Positions 50,901 through 59,430 of a stretch of 64,000 nucleotides of DNA are shown here, piece after piece (positions within the stretch are counted from its first letter, which is position 1; the number at the start of each line of letters is the position of its first letter). This DNA is from Thermoplasmata archaeon. Lineage in GTDB: Archaea > Thermoplasmatota > Thermoplasmata > UBA10834. Position numbers and translations under genes: made by a program. The notes below the pieces were generated by a model. It made no database searches. It was not told the DNA's origin and saw only the letters and a list, made by a program, of their open reading frames with translations. Location: NCBI GenBank assembly GCA_029864565.1, contig JAOTTD010000001.1:208-64207 (forward strand), in the 5' to 3' direction.

Positions 50901-53900
50901 TCGGTCGTCGAGACCATCCAAGTCGGTGTCGCGTCCGTGCCGGATGCTCGGGTCTGAGCCGATCGTCAACTCGTATGCATCGCCGAGGCCGTCGCCATCG
51001 GAGTCCCACCTCCATGGATCCGTCCCAGCCGCAGCCTCTTCTGACTTGTTCAAGCCGTCCCCGTCAGAGTCGCTCGAGACCATCCCCCTCCACTCGCCGA
51101 ACTCGTCGATGCTGCCAGGCATGACGTCGAAGTAGATCGTGGTCCAGTGGGAGACCTGGGTGTCGGACGGGCTGTTGGTCTGGGACTCCCTGTCGCACCA
51201 CCATCCGAAGAACCACCAACAATCGTCGTAGTATATCCTGTAGTCGGAATACAGGCCGATGGCCACCGGGAAGTTGACCATGCCGATGCCCGGCTTAACC
51301 CAAGCCTCGGTCTCGTACAGTACCGACTTGGACGTGGATGTGTAGACGGTGGAGTTCTCGACCGTCCAGCCACCGCGCGTGGACCTAGAACCCCATGGTA
51401 CCGAAATGACCTGGTGCGGGATGATGTAGCTGTCTACGAGGTCGGAGTAGCTCCCGTCGCCGGTGATCGTCACATTGCCGTACAGCCTGCTCCGGTAAGA
51501 TATGTTGTCGCCGGCATCTATGCCGTTCCCGTCCACGTCCACGAATGACATCTCGGAGTCAACATAGGCCAAGTCGACCTCGCTCCTGGTCCTGGTGTCT
51601 GTGAAGCAGTCGATGAGCCACCCGATGAACAACCCGATGAAATCGATTCCGAAGAGCTGCAATACCATGTCCACCACGGCGATTATCATGGCGATAACCG
51701 CACCTACGGGGCCGCCGAATGCGGCCAAGGCTATCAGCGTCAGAGAGTACGCTAGCATGACTATCGAGTAGGTGACGGCGATGCCCGTTCCGACCGCGCC
51801 CCAACCGAGCTCTTCGCCTATCGCGAACAGGGCGTACAGCGAGATTCCCACGGCCAGGATCACGCCGATAATGTTCATGGCTGTACTGATGCGCTCGAGA
51901 ACAGTGGTCGAACTCGTCAGGGATTGTTTGATTGAGTTGAACGTGGTCTTGAACAGATCCCATGTGCTCTGACCGGCAGTCTTGGCGATGGTTCCGAGTC
52001 GGGCGAAGGTCTCGCAGAACGCATAGGCAGTATCGAGTATCTCGAAGGTCGTCAAGAAGATGTCTATCGACATCAAGCTGACTTCAATGATGGTCTGGAC
52101 GGTTTCGTCCAGTAGCACGACTTCCGGGAAGTCGTGGTCCACGGTCACGCCTCCGACTGATGCGATTGCGAACTCGCCACAATACCACGCCGACACCAGA
52201 CCGACCGTGGTTATCAGAGAGCTCTCGTTCAGATCCCAGGTCCTGACCTCGTCGATGACCTGGAACAGCTCGAGGGGCGTGTCGACGCCTCCGGTATACC
52301 AGCTGGAGCGGAGAACCTTTGATACGATTGCGGGTTCGCCCCTCAGGTCAATCGAAAAGGGGCCGTCGAGGACATACTCATCGGAGAGCTGTGCCAACTC
52401 GATGCCGACAGCCTCGTCTTCTATCCCGACGATTACAGGAAGAGTCTCCCCCAACGCTACGGATTCCACTGCGGAGGGGATCATTGTCGACAAGGCCTCT
52501 TGCAGGGCCTCGTCGTGGTGGGAGAAGCTTCTGATATCCGAGGTGATCGCTGTGAGGTTGTAGTCATCAAGCAACGCGGGAGTATCATGCAAGCTGTTCG
52601 ATGAATTCCTGAGGTACTCATACGCGAGAAGCAGATTGGCAGCAATCAACTGGTCGAGCTCGGCTCCGTGGAACACGCCGACGCTGGAGCCGAAGTTCTC
52701 GCTGACCTCCAGCCCTGTCAGCATGAAATCCTCGTAGTACGTAGCGAGGATAGTCGGAGATGATACGACTCCAAGGTCGGCCTCGGTGAAAGTGCTGCTG
52801 CCTTCAGACTCCGCACCATCAGCCGTCAATGCCCCGTCCGATGTAGCCGTTAGGTTGTTGCCATTGCCTGCGACGATTACGACGGAACCATCCTCACCCT
52901 TGTTGAATATGAACTCGGTATCGGCCGTTATCTCATCCGACGACGCGGATATCGACCCGTCCTGATTCAGCGTCATATAGAGGCCGTTGGAGGCCATGAG
53001 AGCGGCCCTGTCTTTCCCTAACGACATCCAGACGAAGGTCTCATTCGCCCCGATGTCATCCCCATTGGCCAGGATAGACCCATCGGGCTGAAGGCGCAAG
53101 TAGTCGCCACTCTCAGATGCGAACGCCCTGATCTCGTTGTCGTTCAGGCCGCTGACCCTCCACACTAGGCTGAGGTCTAGGGATGCGCTCAGCGGTGATG
53201 CCGTCTCGGGGAAGAACATCCTGCCCTTAAGGGCGACCATGTTGCCATATTCCCACACAGGGAACAATGGGACGAATGCCGACGACTCGTCCACTATGAT
53301 TCCATACTCCTCGACGTCTACCTGATCTGGGAGATTCTGACAGTCAATCCTCAGGGTCGGTATGATGACGACATCGTCTACAGAGCCGTCTAGGTCCCTG
53401 AACGATCCCTTCGAATCGGTGGGCCAGTCCCAACTCTGTTGCATCAGCCTCATATGGTCGGGATTGTTAGTCCTGAGCTGAAACGATGCGTAGGTAGGGT
53501 TTCCAGAAGTCTGGACTGTAATCTGGAAGTAGCTCTGGAGCGTCGTTTTGGCGAAGGGTGACAGGTCAAGATAGTCAGATACTCCATCATCATCGTTGTC
53601 AGGATCCCACGCATTTGGCAGTCCGTCTCCGTCGAGGTCGAACGTTACGTTTGTAAGTTCGCAGTAATCGGGAAATCTATCATCGTTGGAATCGGCCTTG
53701 TTGGGATCCATGCCCATGAACGCTTCGTCGTAATCGTTCAGCCTGTCGAAATCGCTATCTGGATTGAAAGGGTCGGTGCCGATGACGAGCTCAACCGAGT
53801 CGGGCAGGCCGTCGGTGTCCGAGTGATTCGTATCGTCCGTGTTGTTCATCAGCTCGCCCACGAACCTACTGAGATCCCGGAAGGCCGCCGGAATTTCGTG

Positions 53901-54068
53901 CGGGGTCTGCTGGGTGGTTGCCTCTCTCTCGTTCAAATTGCTGAGCATAGGCTGAAACGCGACCAGCATTAGACAGACTACGACTGCCAGTGAGACTGCG
54001 GCCATATAGCGGCAAGATAGCATTGCGATCCTCTCCCCAATGTGCGCTTCTTGTTTGCGGGATACCAC
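47967..54068 (-). CDS. giant (2033 aa) membrane-embedded surface protein: TSP3-like Ca-binding repeat arrays, beta-trefoil-like region, internal TM cluster, NHL-type beta-propeller, C-terminal TM anchor
   Basis: N-terminal anchor AAVSLAVVVCLMLVAFQ. Three arrays of DxDxDGxxDxxE repeats (aa about 80-170, 998-1140, 1438-1690). Threefold G-Y-L/DG-I-A repeats at aa about 310-430. Hydrophobic helices at aa about 731-821. NHL-like blades (YVYISDTNNDRIQKFEPDGTF, GRIQKWTSDGRW) at aa about 1150-1425. C-terminus LPGSEMPWLLIALAALAAITLIAVAIAVRRRK. Confidence 0.9.
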   Translation of the reverse strand: MVSRKQEAHIGERIAMLSCRYMAAVSLAVVVCLMLVAFQPMLSNLNEREATTQQTPHEIPAAFRDLSRFVGELMNNTDDTNHSDTDGLPDSVELVIGTDPFNPDSDFDRLNDYDEAFMGMDPNKADSNDDRFPDYCELTNVTFDLDGDGLPNAWDPDNDDDGVSDYLDLSPFAKTTLQSYFQITVQTSGNPTYASFQLRTNNPDHMRLMQQSWDWPTDSKGSFRDLDGSVDDVVIIPTLRIDCQNLPDQVDVEEYGIIVDESSAFVPLFPVWEYGNMVALKGRMFFPETASPLSASLDLSLVWRVSGLNDNEIRAFASESGDYLRLQPDGSILANGDDIGANETFVWMSLGKDRAALMASNGLYMTLNQDGSISASSDEITADTEFIFNKGEDGSVVIVAGNGNNLTATSDGALTADGAESEGSSTFTEADLGVVSSPTILATYYEDFMLTGLEVSENFGSSVGVFHGAELDQLIAANLLLAYEYLRNSSNSLHDTPALLDDYNLTAITSDIRSFSHHDEALQEALSTMIPSAVESVALGETLPVIVGIEDEAVGIELAQLSDEYVLDGPFSIDLRGEPAIVSKVLRSSWYTGGVDTPLELFQVIDEVRTWDLNESSLITTVGLVSAWYCGEFAIASVGGVTVDHDFPEVVLLDETVQTIIEVSLMSIDIFLTTFEILDTAYAFCETFARLGTIAKTAGQSTWDLFKTTFNSIKQSLTSSTTVLERISTAMNIIGVILAVGISLYALFAIGEELGWGAVGTGIAVTYSIVMLAYSLTLIALAAFGGPVGAVIAMIIAVVDMVLQLFGIDFIGLFIGWLIDCFTDTRTRSEVDLAYVDSEMSFVDVDGNGIDAGDNISYRSRLYGNVTITGDGSYSDLVDSYIIPHQVISVPWGSRSTRGGWTVENSTVYTSTSKSVLYETEAWVKPGIGMVNFPVAIGLYSDYRIYYDDCWWFFGWWCDRESQTNSPSDTQVSHWTTIYFDVMPGSIDEFGEWRGMVSSDSDGDGLNKSEEAAAGTDPWRWDSDGDGLGDAYELTIGSDPSIRHGRDTDLDGLDDRFEHARGYNFSSPDSDGDGLTDFFEYHGWAVNFTYRNDTYYWLVNSDPHLSDTDGDGIGDFEEYYCLLNPRSADTDGDGIQDEITDYYLTHIDFSSSFVPEAVGYSPNCVAVDEDGFVYTDNSTNVVVFDQNGTEVGGFPVPDYRPDELECIYLNLSGERQTLLVVCTGADVLVYATNGTLLSQIPGSVLVGIDVSIFGMTLDPNGPDPNTYYLYVLDSYDRVRKFLMNGTEMISQEALWGESGTGPGQFDLGWYAADIDVDEDGYVYISDTNNDRIQKFEPDGTFVTMWGETGTQDGFLDRVRSIRVDVNGDILTLDGSGDFAGRIQKWTSDGRWMCSLEEDYIAANGITVDGGNRIYLASWGNVTRCSHDMELIQAEPDYVFLDADSDGLTDVQEESGWSITVTTEESTSSLTVSSEPMTPDTDADGVPDPDEAAMQSDPRSIDPDEDGLQDMEEWQLGTNLTHWDTDGDGLGDGAEVEFESDPKVQDTDGEGLTDYEEFILDLDPNTPDTDQDGLDDFKEIGFGSDPKNPDTDGDSMFDGQEYELGANPNSADTDADGIDDGQEVLFNTNATSGDSDGDKLSDGFEISSMMSPLSEDTDGDGVNDSRELELGLNPRSTDSDGDGVPDSLDLDYLLELEDEIVLCYDDIEGSAEFALHLTQNADVRTVGPDTLLAEHADARYIVLVGHPEAGEGTAGGIIYSILEDSGEVLVQMLDSEYGRMAVRYGLWNETQTVVMLSHVYDTDWIRVLGVLKSMRMTVSERSVMVDYLNPRACFMLDQMDTMRATDTFVWTKLDNMATFSVRVDKLHDDEVSDSLSGSDALAPGELMMDKYVRIEFQSLDPDLSAVVSGSLIKIYYTASDLDVNGDGDAGDPEDLNESSLQLFLLSADGEWVRLSDIVDTTGVNTTDVELFGMSYEGYLWANVSGLSLFGIAGQPDEGLPGSEMPWLLIALAALAAITLIAVAIAVRRRKAPPT

Positions 54069-54127
54069 GCTTCAGAACGATAGCCCTTTGGGTTAACAAC
54101 CCGAAGAGAAGGCCGCTTGGACTCCTC

Positions 54128-54487
54128 CTATCCGGCCTCTATCAGATTCGTCCACGAATGCGTGGAGGGCTCGACCAGTTCGACAAGCTCGCTCCAATAC
54201 CCGGCATATGTGCTGTCAGCTCCGTATATCTTGGAATACTCGGCGTATTCTTCCCAGCTCCCGAACTCCCACATGTCGACGTATTCGCCGAACACGCCGC
54301 CTATATGTCTGGTATACAACTTCCTCGACTTGAGCGCGGTGAACTTGTCCGGGTTCTCTTTCATGTACTGAGAGATCTTCTTAAGGACGTTCCTCAGCTC
54401 GCCGTCCTTATCGGGTTTTGCGGAATAAACGCCAATGTTGATGAATCCCACTCGCTTCACCCCCTCCTCGATCCACCCTCGAGGCAT
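54128..54487 (-). CDS. hypothetical small alpha+beta protein
   Basis: 119-aa ORF ending 60 nt upstream of the giant gene's start, on the same strand. Ordinary composition. The family is not recognised with confidence. Confidence 0.5.
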   Translation of the reverse strand: MPRGWIEEGVKRVGFINIGVYSAKPDKDGELRNVLKKISQYMKENPDKFTALKSRKLYTRHIGGVFGEYVDMWEFGSWEEYAEYSKIYGADSTYAGYWSELVELVEPSTHSWTNLIEAG

Positions 54488-54629
54488 GCGAGATAACGGC
54501 GTTATCGGATATCAATTCGTTCTCAAATATGGAGGTACGGGCTGCTCCGTCCCATCGTCGGAATACCAGACGTATGAATCAAAATCAGAGGGCTTCACGC
54601 TTGACGCATTGGTCCTCCTCGGAGAATCC

Positions 54630-55721
54630 ATGCCATTTCGTGACAAGTTTTATCACGGCAAACTGGCCTGGAGGGCCAATAGTGAGGGGGGGTTCGTGCC
54701 AGTCGAGGACGCAGTCGTTGTTGTGGACAAGCTGGAGAAGGTGTTCAGCGGCGACGTTCGGGCGGTTGACTCCATATCCTTCGAGGTCGGCCGTGGCGAG
54801 ATATTTGGGTTCCTGGGGCCGAACGGAGCCGGCAAGACGACTACGATATCCATCCTGACGACTCAGACTCTGCCAACGGGTGGAAGAGCCGAGGTGCTCG
54901 GGCACGACGTCGTCAAGGAGCCCAGCAAGGTGAGGAAGGGCATCGGCTTAGTCGCGCAGGAACTCACGGTCGACGATGAGCTGACGGGCAGAGAGAACAT
55001 GGAGCTGCAGGCGAGACTCTATGCGGTTCCCTACAGCGAGGCGAAGAAGAGAATCGACGAGCTGCTCGACCTTGTCAAGCTCGTCGACTCCGCCGACAGG
55101 CTTGTGAAGACCTATTCGGGTGGTATGAAGAAGCGTCTGGAGCTATCAGAGGGGCTTATCCACAGACCCCAAGTACTCTTCCTAGACGAGCCCACCTTGG
55201 GTCTCGACATTCAGACGAGGACCAGCATGTGGGAGCACATCAATAAACTCAAGAAAGAGACCAATATGACGATATTCCTCACGACACACTACCTCGAGGA
55301 GGCGGATGCTCTCTGCGACAGAATCGGGATAATCGACCACGGGAGGGTCATCGCGCTGGACACCCCGGAAGGCCTCAAGAAGACGGTGGGCGGGGACGTC
55401 ATCGAAATCGAAGTTGCCGAGTGCGATGAAGACATCCTCGAGGTGATCAAAGGGATGCCTGGAATAGCTTTGCTGGACGGCACGTGCACGGGCAACAAGG
55501 CGAGAATCAAGGTCCCCGACAGCAAGACTTCTCTCCCGAAGATTCTGAACAGCTTCATGTCCAAGAGGATCGACGTCGCTTCGGTGGTAATCAGGAAGCC
55601 GTCACTCGACCAGGCCTTCCTCGAGTTCACGGGCAGGGAACTCAGGGACGAGGAGTCCAACTCCAAACCCGGACACAAGGATCAGAGCACGTCCAGAGGA
55701 CGTTTCCGCAGGAGGCGGTGA
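54630..55721 (+). CDS. ABC transporter ATP-binding protein (ABC-2/DrrA type)
   Basis: Walker A GPNGAGKTT, Q-loop, signature YSGGMKKRL, Walker B VLFLDEPTLGLD and H-loop TTHY. Start taken at the ATG 54630 after GGAGA. The ORF track opens at 54435. Confidence 0.9.
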   Translation: MPFRDKFYHGKLAWRANSEGGFVPVEDAVVVVDKLEKVFSGDVRAVDSISFEVGRGEIFGFLGPNGAGKTTTISILTTQTLPTGGRAEVLGHDVVKEPSKVRKGIGLVAQELTVDDELTGRENMELQARLYAVPYSEAKKRIDELLDLVKLVDSADRLVKTYSGGMKKRLELSEGLIHRPQVLFLDEPTLGLDIQTRTSMWEHINKLKKETNMTIFLTTHYLEEADALCDRIGIIDHGRVIALDTPEGLKKTVGGDVIEIEVAECDEDILEVIKGMPGIALLDGTCTGNKARIKVPDSKTSLPKILNSFMSKRIDVASVVIRKPSLDQAFLEFTGRELRDEESNSKPGHKDQSTSRGRFRRRR

Positions 55722-55725
55722 GGCA

Positions 55726-56559
55726 GTGATTGGTGAAACGCTCGCTCTTATCGCGCGCGACCTGAAGAGATGGTACAGGACGCCAGCTCAGATCATCCTC
55801 GTCTTCACGACGCCTCTGATGTGGCTGCTTCTGTTCGGTCAGGCGTTCAACATCGGCAGGCTGGCGCAGGTGGACGGAACAGGGATGGATCTACGCCTCG
55901 TGTTCGGCGGAGCGCCGGACTACTTCTCGTTCATGGCTGTCGGCCAGACGGCGTTCATCATGCTCTTCGCGTCCTTCTTCAGCGGCGTGTCCATCCTATG
56001 GGACCGGAAGTTCGGGTTCCTGTCCAAGCTGCAGGTGGCGCCAATCCCGCGATCGGTCATACCGCTCTCCAGGATTGCCTCCTCGCTTGTGAAATCGATG
56101 CTCCAGGCCACTGTCGTGATTCTTCTGGCGGCCTCCTTCGTGCTCATTCCAGGGTTGAGCGGGTTGAGGTTCAGCCCCTCGTTTGGCATCGTCGAAGCCG
56201 CCGGCATGGCCTTGTTCCTTGCCTTGCTTGGAATAGGCCTCGCAGCTCTGTTCGTAGCCTTGGGTCTAGTCGTCAGGAACGAGGAGACCCTCTTTGGATT
56301 AATCAACCTTCTGAATTTCCCGTTGATGTTCACGAGCAGCGCTCTGATACCAATCGCACTGATGCCAGATTGGCTGAGAACCGTCGCCCTGTACAACCCG
56401 ATAACTTTCGTCGTGGACGGGATGAGACAGCTGGTATTCAGCACTGACGTAGGGGCGGAGTACTCCGTGGCCGTCGACATGTTGGGCATCGGGGTGTTCT
56501 CCGGGCTTATGATCGGCTTGGGGGCGGTTCTTGCGAGGAGGGCTCTGCTCAGAAACTAG
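55726..56559 (+). CDS. ABC-2 type transporter permease
   Basis: Six hydrophobic helices. It starts 5 nt after the ATPase stop. GTG start. Confidence 0.85.
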   Translation: MIGETLALIARDLKRWYRTPAQIILVFTTPLMWLLLFGQAFNIGRLAQVDGTGMDLRLVFGGAPDYFSFMAVGQTAFIMLFASFFSGVSILWDRKFGFLSKLQVAPIPRSVIPLSRIASSLVKSMLQATVVILLAASFVLIPGLSGLRFSPSFGIVEAAGMALFLALLGIGLAALFVALGLVVRNEETLFGLINLLNFPLMFTSSALIPIALMPDWLRTVALYNPITFVVDGMRQLVFSTDVGAEYSVAVDMLGIGVFSGLMIGLGAVLARRALLRN

Positions 56560-56687
56560 GGCGGTCTCCGCCGCTCAACAATCACCTGGCATAAGAAAGG
56601 CCTCAACTCACATAGACAATCTATCAGGCCAATCCTCACGGCACGAGAATCAGAATCCGAACAGGAGTTGCAGGTCGCGCTCTCTGA

Positions 56688-57155
56688 TTGAGAAAAGGCC
56701 AGGGCGGCTCGATGGGCTCGTGGGACACATTCCTCCGCACAGATCAACATGTTAATGATTACATCAGCCTCAACGATGCTATCGCCGGTTTGTCGAGTGG
56801 TTCCACAAACAACGCCATCAACGCGCTCGAAGGCATCTACACTATGGACTGGGCGCCGTCGTGTAGCCTTGAGACGTACAATCTACTCATGAGCTGGATG
56901 ATAAACGACGAGATGTGCTGGGCCGACGATTTCGACCAGCAGCAGGGATATCTAGACGTTTACTGGGTCTACTTGGGACTAATCAATGAGACTCTTTCAA
57001 GTGGCGAGGCACGGCTCATCCTCCAAGACATGAGAGACGACCTGCTGATTCCATGGTTGCAGGATGATCTCCTTACTCTCGAGTGGGCGTGGACAGAAGC
57101 GTCTGGTCTTCTTACCGAGATTCAGATTCGACGGTCGCCCTTGCCTATCTCTTGA
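56688..57155 (+). CDS. hypothetical protein, possibly a C-terminal fragment of a larger gene
   Basis: 155-aa helical-looking ORF (LEGIYTMDW..., LTLEWAWTEASGLL) with no signal peptide or recognisable N-terminal domain. It lies beside a decayed peptidase gene. Confidence 0.35.
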   Translation: MRKGQGGSMGSWDTFLRTDQHVNDYISLNDAIAGLSSGSTNNAINALEGIYTMDWAPSCSLETYNLLMSWMINDEMCWADDFDQQQGYLDVYWVYLGLINETLSSGEARLILQDMRDDLLIPWLQDDLLTLEWAWTEASGLLTEIQIRRSPLPIS

Positions 57156-57377
57156 GATGCTGGAGGAACGGGCTCTTGCCAAGACCTGCACTGCCCGTGA
57201 TGAGTTTGACCCGGTGCAGAAACCCCTTCATTGAGAATGAGTCAGACTTCTCACTCCATCCATGGCTCGGTGAGAGAAGCCATAGGGACGAGAAGACTTG
57301 AGACGGCTCGACCACTAAGACGTCAAGAATTGGCCGGGAAAAAGCGGGTAAGTCGTTTTGTGAGTTTCGTGGCGGTT

Positions 57378-57640
57378 CTACGCCACGCCCCAGTACGTCT
57401 CGAGGAACGCTCGCCAACCTGTGTTCGGAGGCTCGAAGTCATGTCCGGGTCATCATTGAGCCTGAGAAGCATATCGTCGTACGTCAAGCCGCGATGGCCT
57501 ATGCCGTTCTCGTTCGCGGCCCGGCAACCACACACGTGAGAAGAGGTCGCCCACTCGGGATCCCTTAGTCTCGAGAGGGAAGAGCAATCGGCGCGAGTTC
57601 TATGGATGGGACTATGCCAATTACCTGCGGGTGACTCGGA
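57378..57640 (-). pseudogene. decayed clostripain-like C11 peptidase paralog (remnant)
   Basis: On the reverse strand, one frame reads ...DPEWATSSH...AANENGIGHRGLTYDDMLLRLNDDPDM (compare SIGYRGFSYDEILLSLNACPEM in the 788-aa protein). After a 1-nt deletion it reads FEPPNTGWRAFLETYWGVA-stop (compare FEFPNSGWWAFLETYWGVA). About 85% nt identity to 33319-33383 over about 64 nt. About 155 codons are missing internally, and the N-terminus is lost. Confidence 0.65.
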
Positions 57641-57643
57641 TGG

Positions 57644-58171
57644 TCAGGCCGTCTCGTAACTGTGCTCGAATTCGTCCTCCCAAAATGACGCGTACGATGC
57701 CTCGCCATCCGCGAGCTTTCTTAATGCCAGTTCGGCCAGTGTATGGGCAAGCTCGGCGTCCCTCTCCCTCCAGGTCGCCCTCGCGTCCGGAGGAACGAAC
57801 AGATATGTTGGTGACTCGTCAATGAACCTCGGCGGTAACCTAGCAAGGGCGAATATGTCACAAGTTCTCTCGCCTCCAGGTATACTATGGGAATTGAACT
57901 GGGCCAGATGCATGAGCTCATGGGCGATCGTCCAATACGTTGGATATCGCCAAGCGCCGTTCTTCTGCTTCCGCACATCCAGCTTCAGCTTGACGGACCC
58001 ACTGTTCGACTGAAAGACGAACCCCTCAAGGAAACGCGTCAACCCTATCTTGACCTGAGGTTTCAGCTCTGGGAAGTACGGTTGTAGCGTGTTCAACCTC
58101 CGCGAAATCTCTTCCCTAACCTCTTCAGGCAGCCTGCGTGCTTTCCTCGTCCACGAGATCTCCATCGACAT
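57644..58171 (-). CDS. putative HExxH zinc metalloprotease-like protein (SprT/WLM-like)
   Basis: 175 aa with IAHELMHLAQ. I recognise no other family feature. Confidence 0.55.
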   Translation of the reverse strand: MSMEISWTRKARRLPEEVREEISRRLNTLQPYFPELKPQVKIGLTRFLEGFVFQSNSGSVKLKLDVRKQKNGAWRYPTYWTIAHELMHLAQFNSHSIPGGERTCDIFALARLPPRFIDESPTYLFVPPDARATWRERDAELAHTLAELALRKLADGEASYASFWEDEFEHSYETA

Positions 58172-58476
58172 CAGGTCCCGGTAATGTCCGCCCCGTTATT
58201 AGTTAATCCGACTCGAATCCCTGAGAAATGTATCGAGAAGAAGTCTATCATAGGCGCCAAGAGGTCCGCCACGAAGGCGTTTCGGAGAGATTGAGATCGG
58301 CCCCATGAATCACCTCACTACGCAAAGAGGCGGGAACCCTGAGGAGGGTTGAAGATAACGGCGTCACGGCCTATCGGACAGATCTCGACGACACGGTTAC
58401 GATGACGACTGATGGCGCGACTGGCGACTCGTGTGAGGGTTCTTAAAATCGGCCTATCACAAACCCGACACCGCAC

Positions 58477-59226
58477 TCAGACCAGCGCCACGGTTGAAAC
58501 CATGTACTCCAGCGTGCAGTCGGGGTTGTCCGTGTCCCCCTCCCCGCAATAGGTCCAGGTGGAGCAGCAGGGAAGATCAATAGTCTGGTCATCTGCCATG
58601 AGCCCGTCCAAAGGCACGTAGTCCAATATCTCGAAGTCCGCGACCTCGTTGTTGTCCACGTCCCAGACGTCGTATACTACTATCGAGAACCTCACGCTCT
58701 TGGCATCGTCTCTCAGATCGACGACGGCCTCGAAGAAGCACTCCAGGTAGTCTTCGCAATAGAACACCTCACTCTGGAAAATGATCTCGAAGTCGCCATC
58801 ACAGTCGGCGTCGACTCTAATTTCGAACCATGGATCTGGACTGTATTTGGTGCGATGACAACTTGACGTGTATCCCTCGAATTCGAATTTTACGAGCGAG
58901 ATCTTCACTCCGCCGTTACCCTCGTCCATGAAGTCGAGATTATCACCTATTCCGTCGCCATCGGAATCAAGGGTTTCGTTGGGATCATCCGGGAACGCAT
59001 CGATTGCGTCACCAACGCCATCGTTGTCAGAGTCACACCATTCGCTCGGGTCAGCGGGGAAGATATCCGTGCTGTCGGGAACGCCGTCCGCGTCGAGATC
59101 TGCGATTGACGTCAGAGGTGACATCGAAGGGCTCAGAATCGAGAACGAGAGCAGCACTACTAATGACGTCAGAAGCATGATCGAGGTGATGAAGAGTCTA
59201 CCTCCATCAAGCGCAATCTTTATCAA
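58477..59226 (-). CDS. membrane-anchored protein with TSP3-like Ca-binding repeats and a Cys-rich C-terminal domain
   Basis: Anchor LFITSIMLLTSLVVLLSFSIL. DLDADGVPDSTD, DSDNDGVGDAID, DSDGDGIGDNLD. The C-terminal domain contains 10 Cys. Confidence 0.75.
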   Translation of the reverse strand: MIKIALDGGRLFITSIMLLTSLVVLLSFSILSPSMSPLTSIADLDADGVPDSTDIFPADPSEWCDSDNDGVGDAIDAFPDDPNETLDSDGDGIGDNLDFMDEGNGGVKISLVKFEFEGYTSSCHRTKYSPDPWFEIRVDADCDGDFEIIFQSEVFYCEDYLECFFEAVVDLRDDAKSVRFSIVVYDVWDVDNNEVADFEILDYVPLDGLMADDQTIDLPCCSTWTYCGEGDTDNPDCTLEYMVSTVALV

Positions 59227-59430
59227 TAGCGTCCCCCCGCCCTACATAGGCCTAGAGGTCATCATTCCGCACATGGTTAAAATCCTTTTCTATTCGAGGG
59301 TTAGAAAGTCTTATAAGTAGGGTAGAGAGCCCGTATCGTACTGACTTAGTTCTGACACTCGTAGGTAGCCGATGGAGATGGACGTGCATCTCGGGAAGTG
59401 TGAAATATCGCAACCGGTGTTACGTGGCTC

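Noticed and set aside
57200-57330. Possible seventh R1 copy (…CATGGCTCGGTGAGAGAAGCCATAGGG…, resembling TAGCTCGGTGCTAGAATCGC).
   Set aside because: Only about 12 of 18 positions match, with no collinear flanks. This is indistinguishable from chance by eye.
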